From assembly GCA_045105515.1 (NCBI GenBank), contig JBGCDR010000346.1, forward strand, positions 1-22,946: a DNA stretch of 22,946 bases, read 5' to 3'. A model generated the notes under the pieces. The model searched no databases, had not been told where the DNA came from, and saw nothing but the letters and a program-made list of their open reading frames with translations. The translations under genes were made by a program, and so were the position numbers. The stretch's first letter is position 1. Each line of letters begins with the position of its first letter. Source of the stretch: Oligoflexales bacterium (lineage in GTDB: Bacteria > Bdellovibrionota_B > Oligoflexia > Oligoflexales > Bog-1112). Of this stretch, positions 1-7,560 are shown piece after piece.

Positions 1-119
1 CAAATGGCAAGTAAAGTTAGGTCAACTCAAGGATTATCTTTGCACATCTTCGGTAGACTAGCTGCTGGAATGCTGATGAGAATTTTACCAAGTGCCTAAA
101 TCGGCCTATACCAGGAGTT

Positions 120-480
120 TCAACTGTTGATTGGCATTGAACTAAGATGCGCGTCATACTTCACACACAAATTACTTACAAGTCCAGCAGAATGAATATT
201 CATAAAGCTATGGGCAGCTGATGCAGCTGCTAGCTTCTTAGCATCAATGTTGCTTGGTATTCCAATAACTGAATCATTACCTTCTTCGATTTTTTCCATT
301 TCTTCCTGAAAAAAATCCGAAATTTCATTAAAATAATGTTTGGGAAAATCACTATCCTCATCAAGTTCTGCATATTGTTTTGAGGCATTTGAAAATAGAT
401 TACGAAATGGATTTGAATTTTTTTCCAGCAAAAACTGAAGGTGCAATCATAATGAAAATAAGAGCTATAGCTGACTTCAT
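120..480 (-). pseudogene. Frameshifted secreted hypothetical protein
   Basis: ATG at 480 gives a Sec-like signal peptide MKSAIALIFIMIAPSVFA-GK, which goes out of frame at an A7 run (forward T7, 418-424). Removing one A joins it to the 120..446 ORF (NSNPFRNLFSNASKQ...). Confidence 0.55.
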
Positions 481-924
481 GCTTGTCTATCTTTTGAATA
501 TCAAGCCAGATTTAAGAACTATTAAATTTTGGCTAAATGGTGAGAATGGCGGTTACTTTTAAAAGATCTACGCCGAAATATCAACACTCAAGAGACAAAC
601 ACATGGAATTAAAAATAAAATTGCTATGACACCAAAATCTTACTTGCAATATTTGATTGGATTCTTAATCACCAGCTTTACTTTGGAGGGGAGAAATTGA
701 AGAACTTACAAAAGGACAACTTTCATTTACTTAACTATTTCTTTGATCGTGCAGGGTTTTTCCAAAAAGTACAAATTATGAAAATTGTCGATATTTTCTT
801 TGGATTTTAATTCAGAACAGTATCCTGAAATAAAAATAAAAGGTATCGCCTGCCATTCGGGAAAAGTGGGAAAACAACACTGTCGTTAAAATCGTTGCTG
901 AACCTACCCCAAAAATAGATCGTT

Positions 925-2025
925 TTAAGAGCCGACAGAAATTTCCATCATTGGGGGATTACTAATATCATGCTGCACACCATGCACTTCACTCTCTATA
1001 TGTTCATTTCCCGATACCAATGCATTTCCCCATATCAGTGCGTCGTCATAAACATAAGCGTCGTCATACACCTGAGATAATCCAGATACCAACGCATTTC
1101 CATAGACATTTGCATTTCCATAAATCTGAGCTTCCTCAATAATTTGCGCTTTGCCGAAGATCAAGGCATTTCCATATACCCTAGCTTTCCCCCCAACCTT
1201 AGCATTGTCTAAAACTTGCGCACTTCTATAGACCCTTGCACTTTCAAATACTAAGGCATTTCCAGATATTTGCGCATTCCCATATACCCGGGATTTACCC
1301 TTGACGCGAGAATTTCCAAATACACGGGCATCTTCATATATCTGAGTATTTTCATATATGCGCGCATTTCCATAAACATGGGAATTTTCGTATACCCGAG
1401 CATTTCCATACACTTGGACATTTTCATATAAATGAGCATACCTATAAACCTGTGCATTTCCGTACACCTGTGCCTCACTGTACACTAGAGTTTCACCAGA
1501 AACCTTCGCGCCGCCAGAAACTCTTGCATTCTCATACACCTGAGCTTTTCCATACACGAGTGCATAACCTGATATTTGAGCATTTCCATAAATTTGGGCG
1601 GCTCCAAACACCCGAGCACATCCTAAAACTCGGGCATTTCCGGATACGTGAGCACTCCCAGAAACCCTTGCTTTTCCAGTAATTTGCACATTCCCACTCA
1701 ACTTGGCAAAGCCCGATACCTGAGCATCTGGACTAACAAAAGATTTCAAGAGTAAAATATGATCCTTAAATCTTCTGCCATCTATCCTTGTATTTTCCCC
1801 GATAAACCCACCTTCTTCAGCAATGGGATACCTAAATAAATTTCTTGCTATGAGATTTTTAGCCCGATAACCATGTTCTTTGGTGCCATCAACTCGGGTG
1901 ATGATCTCCGTGGGCTCTATCTGCATAATTTCACGAGCGGTCTTAAAAGTCTTAGCAAAAAGCAGATGCGAAGTGCTTCCTAGCTGAAATAGGACAAAAA
2001 TCATTAGGTTTGAAAAATATCTCAT
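925..2025 (-). CDS. Secreted hexapeptide-repeat (left-handed beta-helix, YdcK-like) protein
   Basis: About 40 tandem A-x-[VI]-[YSF]-[GE]-[ND] hexapeptides, preceded by an EEGGFIGE motif similar to the GGWI/GGFI cap of YdcK-like proteins. The N-terminus is hydrophobic and ends in LLFA. Confidence 0.8.
   Translation of the reverse strand: MRYFSNLMIFVLFQLGSTSHLLFAKTFKTAREIMQIEPTEIITRVDGTKEHGYRAKNLIARNLFRYPIAEEGGFIGENTRIDGRRFKDHILLLKSFVSPDAQVSGFAKLSGNVQITGKARVSGSAHVSGNARVLGCARVFGAAQIYGNAQISGYALVYGKAQVYENARVSGGAKVSGETLVYSEAQVYGNAQVYRYAHLYENVQVYGNARVYENSHVYGNARIYENTQIYEDARVFGNSRVKGKSRVYGNAQISGNALVFESARVYRSAQVLDNAKVGGKARVYGNALIFGKAQIIEEAQIYGNANVYGNALVSGLSQVYDDAYVYDDALIWGNALVSGNEHIESEVHGVQHDISNPPMMEISVGS
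995..1745 (-). repeat. 18-bp-period degenerate coding repeat (hexapeptide array)
   Basis: Recurring forward-strand gcatttcc(a/g)ta unit (minus strand TA(T/C)GGAAATGC = YGNA) at multiples of 18 nt. Confidence 0.85.
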
Positions 2026-2164
2026 CGTTTAATTATTTCTTTTTATTGGTCAACGGCCACAATTATTACCAAGACACGATGCTATACATTTTTACAGGAT
2101 TTTCAATAGTCAAAAAATAGACAGAATTCGGGTGCTACTTCAGGGGAACATGAATTTTAGGTGG

Positions 2165-3436
2165 TCAAGATTCTGAAGTCCGAAGCTGGGATGAAGCAGT
2201 TTCCAAGAGCTCTTCCTCGGGTCTATCCCTAAACTTCAGAAGCAACAACATTCCGGGAATAGCAATCAAAGTGCAGCTTATGAAAAAATAAAACCAACCT
2301 AGATACTCTACCATGAAGCCCGTAAGCGATGCGACCAAAACTCGCGGAACACCCATAAGACTTGATAGAAGAGCATACTGAGTGGCGGTATATTTCTTAT
2401 TAGTCATACTGGCCATAAATGCAACGAAGGCTGCTGTCCCCATCCCTGCTGAAAGGTTTTCAAATGCGATCACTCCTGCTAGGAGAGGAATATGTTTACC
2501 TGCAATCGCAAGCAGAGCGAAGCCAGCAGTCGACGCCATTTGCAAAAAACCAAAACTCCAAAGAGAGCGTCTGATGCCATATTTTAACATGAGACTGCCG
2601 CCAAGGAAGGACCCAATAATAGTAGCCCAGAAGCCAAACAGCTTCACAACAGAACCGATTTCTGTTTTCGTATATCCTATTTCCAGATAGAAAGGCGTAC
2701 TAATAGCACTTGCCATAGTATCACCGAGTTTATACAAAAGAATAAATGTCAGAATTAAGAGTGCACTATCACGCTTAAAATAATCAATAAAGGGGTCTAT
2801 AACAGATTCACGAAAATTTTTAGGTGGCTCCAGCTCTAATTTAGGCTCTTTATATGCGATTGTTAGCCCCATCATCAGAACTACAAACCCAGCTAAAACC
2901 ATAAAAACATATTTCCAGCTGAGAAAATCTGACAAAATTAACCCACCAGAACTACTTAATATCATGCCAATTCGATAGCCATAAATATAGTAAGAAGAAC
3001 CAATTCCTAATTCTAAAGTCTTTAAATCTTCTCTTCTGTATGCATCGATGACTATATCTTGACTAGCAGAAAAAAATGCGATTAATGCAGCGGAAATCAC
3101 AAAATACGAGATTTGGAAGGAGCCCTGTTCTGGCTGACTATACCCCATAAGTAAGATAGCTATACAAAGGCAAAACTGGGTGATTAAAAGCCATCCACGC
3201 CTCCGCCCTAATAACGGAATAGAAAATCTGTCGAAGAGAGGAGACCAGAGAAACTTAACTGTGTAAGGGAGACCAACTAAGGACATCATGCCGATAGTTT
3301 TTAAATCGACTCCTGCTTCTTTGGCCCAAGCCTGCATCAAAGTTATGGTGATTAATAGCGGCATTCCCGAACTAATTCCCATAACAAGAGCCATAATCAG
3401 ACGAATATTGCACAAATTTTGCAAAAACTTTCTCAT
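2165..3436 (-). CDS. ampG: AmpG family muropeptide MFS permease
   Basis: Hallmark motifs GISSGMP, LPYTVKFLWSPLFDR, GRRRGWLLITQ, SASQDIVIDAYR, LYKLGD, ATQYALLSS; about 12 hydrophobic segments. Confidence 0.95.
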   Translation of the reverse strand: MRKFLQNLCNIRLIMALVMGISSGMPLLITITLMQAWAKEAGVDLKTIGMMSLVGLPYTVKFLWSPLFDRFSIPLLGRRRGWLLITQFCLCIAILLMGYSQPEQGSFQISYFVISAALIAFFSASQDIVIDAYRREDLKTLELGIGSSYYIYGYRIGMILSSSGGLILSDFLSWKYVFMVLAGFVVLMMGLTIAYKEPKLELEPPKNFRESVIDPFIDYFKRDSALLILTFILLYKLGDTMASAISTPFYLEIGYTKTEIGSVVKLFGFWATIIGSFLGGSLMLKYGIRRSLWSFGFLQMASTAGFALLAIAGKHIPLLAGVIAFENLSAGMGTAAFVAFMASMTNKKYTATQYALLSSLMGVPRVLVASLTGFMVEYLGWFYFFISCTLIAIPGMLLLLKFRDRPEEELLETASSQLRTSES

Positions 3437-3484
3437 ACAGCTTCTTTACGAAAAATTAACGAATTTCAGATTCTCGATTGCACC

Positions 3485-3493
3485 ATTATAACA
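3485..3493 (-). promoter_or_regulatory. Extended -10 sigma70 promoter for ampG
   Basis: Minus strand reads TGtTATAAT (perfect TGn-TATAAT) about 48 nt upstream of the ampG ATG. Confidence 0.5.
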
Positions 3494-3535
3494 TAGATTA
3501 TGCGTATGTGATTTGCCAACCAATGTGGAGAAAGC

Positions 3536-4306
3536 ATGAGAACTATCAACTTAGCAAAAGCAGCAATCATAAACTTTGCAGGCTTGATCTCTTTTCTTAA
3601 TTGCGCTCAGCTTATTGCTCAAAATTCAGTGCAAAGTTCCTGTGTCGCACATAGAGGTTACAGCGCGAAATATCTAGAAAATTCTATCGAGGCCATTTTG
3701 GCTGCCGAAGCAGCTCAAGCTCCAGGAATAGAGTTTGATGTGGTCCATACCAAAGATGGTATTCCCATAATTCATCATGATGAAACTCCCCAACGTACGG
3801 CTCGAAGTAAAAAAGGGAGGACATGCAAACTGGACACTCCATTTGCGGATCAAAATTTTTCCCAATTAAAGGAAAATTGTGAGCTGCAAAATGGTGAAGA
3901 CATCCCTAGTCTTGCTGAAGTGTTTGCAATCATGCAAAACAAGAATGCTACTTTATTTGTTGAATTAAAGGACACTCCTTCACAAAAAACTCTTGAACTT
4001 CTGAAAGGTAATAGTGAAAACAAAGTTGTGATCAGCGACTCAGCAAAATACCTAGATAAAGTAGCTATAACCCACAATGCAATTCCGCTCATCTTAATAT
4101 CAAAGTATCCAGTCCCACTTCCCGAACGGTTTGACGGTATAGGAACTAAGACTTTATCTGATGAACAATTAATGGATCTACATTTACAAGGGAAGCTCGC
4201 AAACATTTGGACAGTGAATGACAGGGCCGCCATTCGTACACTTGTTAAGCAAGGTATCGACTATATTACGACAGATGAATTGGAGCTTTGTATGGAAGAA
4301 ACTTAA
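3536..4306 (+). CDS. Exported glycerophosphodiester phosphodiesterase (GDPD family)
   Basis: AHRG, LENS, IEFDV, IIHHD, FVELK, WTVND and ITTD motifs; N-terminal signal peptide; GGAG Shine-Dalgarno upstream. Confidence 0.92.
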   Translation: MRTINLAKAAIINFAGLISFLNCAQLIAQNSVQSSCVAHRGYSAKYLENSIEAILAAEAAQAPGIEFDVVHTKDGIPIIHHDETPQRTARSKKGRTCKLDTPFADQNFSQLKENCELQNGEDIPSLAEVFAIMQNKNATLFVELKDTPSQKTLELLKGNSENKVVISDSAKYLDKVAITHNAIPLILISKYPVPLPERFDGIGTKTLSDEQLMDLHLQGKLANIWTVNDRAAIRTLVKQGIDYITTDELELCMEET

Positions 4307-4321
4307 AACCCACCGAAACTC

Positions 4322-7090
4322 TCAGGAAGAAGCTTTTTTGGGCAAAGAAATAAAAAAGTTTGAGCCTTTACCATTTTCGCTTTCTATATAAAGACCTCCT
4401 CCTAAATCCTGCAGAAGTTTATTGACAGCATCCATACCAACCCCCCTGCCGCTGATTTCATTGGCCTCGTCTTTGGTACTAAAGCCCGGAAGGCAAATTA
4501 GGTTTACTTTTTCTTGATCAGAATATTCTTTACTTGGATCAACAAGATTTTTCTCTAAGGCTTTCTTATATATCACTTCAGGGTCTATTCCCCCACCATC
4601 ATCACGAATAATTATTTCATCTTTTTGATCATCACTTTGAAAACTTACTTCAATGCGACCTGCGCCTTTATTAGCTAGTGCACGGGTTTCAGCATCTTCA
4701 ATGCCATGATCCATAGCATTTCTTATCAAGTGAATAAGAGCTTTATCAAAAATAGCAAAGCGTTTTTTATCCATCAAATGTTCAGAGTTATGAACAACCA
4801 AATCGTCTATGACTTTATTTGATTTTTCTCGGTAGTTGCGAATCAGTCCGATATATTTTTCCATCAATTTATCAAAACGAGTATAGCTAAGCTTCTCCAA
4901 ATATTTAAGTATCTGATCTTCACCGATTAGTTTTCTTTGCACCATAGATACTAAGTCTTCATACTGTTGCCGATCAATACTCAATTTTCCTTGAAATCCT
5001 TTAAACAAAGTTTCCCTGATATGTTCAATTGCCGCAATTTCCCCCCTTACTTGCTCCACATTCTCATTCCAAACTTCCAAACTCAATTCAGAATCCAAAG
5101 AGCTATCATTCTTCGACTCCCTAATTTTGGACATAAAGTCCTCGGCAAGATCGAATATTCTTGCTAAGTTTGAGAAGCCAAAGGAACCCGCATTTCCCTT
5201 CAAAGTATGCATATCACGATAAGCTTCATCAATATGAGAGGCTAAATACTGAATATTTTCCAGATCAGTGTACCGTTTTACTAAGGTCGTTGACTCTTCA
5301 AGAAATTCCTTGATTAGTTCTAAATCATGACTTACAAAAGGTTGCATCCTTTCCATCTTTAACTGGTTACTTTGTTGTGCTACTTTTAACCTCGATTCTA
5401 TCTCCAACTTACTGGTCACATCAGTTCCTAAAACCATTATTTTGGTCAACTGATTATTTCTCATGACCGGCTTAAAATCTAGGTCAATGGTTTTAATAAG
5501 CGATTGCTGTTTTATTTCTATACGCTTCATTGGGCATAACAACATTAGTTTTTTCCATTTCCTCAAGCTTTTTTGTTTGTATAAGAGTTTAGTCCACTCA
5601 GAAAATTCTCCTTTTTCTTTTTCATCCATTGAAAAAACCCTAAAAATTGAGGATTTCTCTTTAAATATATTCGCATCAAAAAGCTCTCCGGCTTTCTTAG
5701 AGTATTCTGAATTTAGGCTTAAATCAGGATTAAAGGTAAATATAGCCTGTTCAATAGAGTCAAGGATGTCAGTTATTTCATCATTAATTTCTTTAAATTT
5801 TTCGAAAAATATAGACTTGTAAGTAAACACAACAATTGAGATGGTTAAAAAACAAATACTTCCCCACCACCAGGAAATTTCAAGGTCAAGATAGACGAAG
5901 CTTCCTATTCCTCCTAGCAATATAAAAAGCATAAAGGAAAGAAGGGTAATCCAAAATATTGAAGAAGAGAGAAATACTGCAGCAAATACACCTAACAACG
6001 AGCAGAATAACAATTGCAAGCTAGAGAAGCGTACTTGATCAATCCACTGACCAGAAAGAATGCTATTGATAACTGAAACTACAAAGAAGCCTCCCGGTAC
6101 ATAGCCCATAGGGGAGCTGTGGAAATCGGTACTACCTGTATACATGTTAGGTAGAATCAGGACGATGTCTCCTTTTTCGATAATGTTAGGGAACTTCTTC
6201 ATATTGATAAGAGGCTTAATGCGGCTGTAAAAGTCTTGCTTGTTAACCATATTGATGATTGACAAGCCATCGTAATTTATCGGTAAAACATGACCATTGA
6301 TTGTAATTTTTTCTTCGCTATTAATAGAAATCTCAGACGCCGCAAGCATCGATGCATGTGGAAATATAAACCCATCTTTGACTCTAACAAATGGACTGTA
6401 CTTCAATTGCCCACCATAGTTAAACAAACCATTTATATTAAATATGCTTTTGAGGCTACGATGCCGAGCATAGGCAATAGATTCAAGCTCTTCTTTGAGA
6501 TAACCAAGACCCTTATAGGGTTCTATGCCCTCGTCTTCTGCAAACAAATGCGGATTTAGATACCTAAGTCCAATTCCTAGCCGCTCCTCCATGACTTTTA
6601 GGAGTGATGAAAAATCTACAGGCTCCCTCTTTGGTATCTCACCGGGTGAAAGAAAAGCTCCGGTCACAATAGGCGTATCAATGGAAGAAATTTTTTCGAT
6701 GCCAATTTGCTTTGCCTGCTTTGCAAGGTTTGCAACTCCAAAAATCTTATCAATCATGATCTTGCTAGGTTGCTGTTTTGAGATGGCTTCAAGTATATGG
6801 GCCCACTCGTGTAAGAATAGGTGGCTACGATTGAGTAATGAAACCGATTGATCACCAAGCGAAAGGATCTTGATTTTTTTGTGTAAGTTTGGTGTCTTAC
6901 CCAGTAAATCTTTGAGTTTAAACTCAATGTTGGTTGCGATATTATAGTGGAAGGTCTTTCCCAATTCAGATTCTGAAAATACAAGTACACTACCGTAAAA
7001 TACTAAACTAAGAATGCACGCCCAAACAATCTGCTTGGTAGACAGAGCAGATTTTGGCAAGATAGACTTCAAATAAGGCTTCAGTTTCAT
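4322..7090 (-). CDS. Membrane sensor histidine kinase: CHASE2-like, TMs, PAS-like, Hpt, CheA-type HATPase (no CheW domain)
   Basis: N-terminal TM; CHASE2-like periplasmic region (DKIF, DFHSSPMGYVPG); 3 TMs; ILDSIEQAIFTF PAS-like start; Hpt AYRDMHTLKGNAGSFG; CheA-type LIHLIRNAMDHGIE, DDGGGID, GFSTK...SGRGVGMD. The protein ends right after the G2 box. Confidence 0.88.
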   Translation of the reverse strand: MKLKPYLKSILPKSALSTKQIVWACILSLVFYGSVLVFSESELGKTFHYNIATNIEFKLKDLLGKTPNLHKKIKILSLGDQSVSLLNRSHLFLHEWAHILEAISKQQPSKIMIDKIFGVANLAKQAKQIGIEKISSIDTPIVTGAFLSPGEIPKREPVDFSSLLKVMEERLGIGLRYLNPHLFAEDEGIEPYKGLGYLKEELESIAYARHRSLKSIFNINGLFNYGGQLKYSPFVRVKDGFIFPHASMLAASEISINSEEKITINGHVLPINYDGLSIINMVNKQDFYSRIKPLINMKKFPNIIEKGDIVLILPNMYTGSTDFHSSPMGYVPGGFFVVSVINSILSGQWIDQVRFSSLQLLFCSLLGVFAAVFLSSSIFWITLLSFMLFILLGGIGSFVYLDLEISWWWGSICFLTISIVVFTYKSIFFEKFKEINDEITDILDSIEQAIFTFNPDLSLNSEYSKKAGELFDANIFKEKSSIFRVFSMDEKEKGEFSEWTKLLYKQKSLRKWKKLMLLCPMKRIEIKQQSLIKTIDLDFKPVMRNNQLTKIMVLGTDVTSKLEIESRLKVAQQSNQLKMERMQPFVSHDLELIKEFLEESTTLVKRYTDLENIQYLASHIDEAYRDMHTLKGNAGSFGFSNLARIFDLAEDFMSKIRESKNDSSLDSELSLEVWNENVEQVRGEIAAIEHIRETLFKGFQGKLSIDRQQYEDLVSMVQRKLIGEDQILKYLEKLSYTRFDKLMEKYIGLIRNYREKSNKVIDDLVVHNSEHLMDKKRFAIFDKALIHLIRNAMDHGIEDAETRALANKGAGRIEVSFQSDDQKDEIIIRDDGGGIDPEVIYKKALEKNLVDPSKEYSDQEKVNLICLPGFSTKDEANEISGRGVGMDAVNKLLQDLGGGLYIESENGKGSNFFISLPKKASS

Positions 7091-7097
7091 GGCCGAT

Positions 7098-7124
7098 TTA
7101 TCGGCTTATTTCTTTAAATATTGA
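7098..7124 (-). promoter_or_regulatory. sigma28 (FliA)-type promoter of the kinase gene
   Basis: Minus strand TCAA-N15-GCCGATAA: perfect -10 octamer and canonical spacing, 7 nt before the ATG. Confidence 0.65.
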
Positions 7125-7236
7125 CTTCGAAGGCACAAAGACAGAACATGGACTGAGTTTTAATCACCTACATTGACCCTAACAACCTTTAATCATTGAC
7201 TATATATGGGCAGGCAAGATAAACTCCATCCATAAA

Positions 7237-7265
7237 GTGCAATATATTTTTTTTTGTGATATAGT
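7237..7265 (+). promoter_or_regulatory. sigma70-type promoter upstream of the sigma factor leader
   Basis: GTGCAA-N17-TATAGT with an extended -10 TG (7257-7258). The predicted start, about 7271, coincides with the base of a hairpin. Confidence 0.55.
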
Positions 7266-7342
7266 CACCGGCCAGCGCTTTGTCCGCCAAAAACAAAGCT
7301 CGCTGACATAGTGAATAAATACAAAAAAATGGGTACTTAGGA

Positions 7343-7386
7343 AAAAATGCGAACGTGAGCCTTAGGTTCGCATTTTTAGTTTTTTT
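7343..7386 (+). terminator. Intrinsic terminator-like hairpin inside the sigma factor leader
   Basis: Perfect 12-bp stem AAAAATGCGAAC / GTTCGCATTTTT with an 11-nt loop, followed by AG and T7. Confidence 0.65.
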
Positions 7387-7387
7387 C

Positions 7388-7490
7388 GAATTGCTCTTAA
7401 ATTGATCCGGATCAAGTGGCAGTTTTCATGGGAATAAGGTATCTTCTTTTCCCCACGTCAAGGCTGAATAAGTCTTTTGAGGAGCAATTC
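7388..7490 (+). ncRNA. Candidate structured cis-regulatory RNA (4-way junction)
   Basis: Closing stem GAATTGCTC(TTAA)/(TTGA)g GAGCAATTC encloses three hairpins: TTGAT-ccgg-ATCAA, GGGAAtAAG/CTTTTCCC and AAGGCT/AGTCTT. Folded by eye; no Rfam family recognised. Confidence 0.35.
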
Positions 7491-7560
7491 TACCCGATGG
7501 GCGATGTGCGATTTTTAACACGTTTTAACAAACCTTAAACGTTTTATAGGATATGAGGGC

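Noticed and set aside
380..562. 60-aa plus-strand ORF
   Set aside because: Antisense to the better-supported signal-peptide gene at 120-480; no Shine-Dalgarno or motif.
1251..1682. 75-76 aa alternate-frame ORFs
   Set aside because: Shadows of the repetitive coding sequence.
995..1745. Periodic repeats as a CRISPR array or DGR/VNTR
   Set aside because: The 18-nt period is degenerate at wobble positions and fully explained by hexapeptide coding; there are no spacers, cas genes or reverse transcriptase.
4322..7090. Calling the kinase cheA
   Set aside because: No CheW/P5 domain, the Hpt is internal, and no chemotaxis operon is present.
7158..7225. CATTGAC direct repeat (23 nt apart) and a TTGACT-N18-TAAACT promoter candidate
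   Set aside because: Plausible second promoter or operator, but too short to distinguish from chance in AT-rich DNA.
7388..7490. tRNA
   Set aside because: Cloverleaf-like, but no TTCRA T-loop, proper anticodon arm or CCA end.
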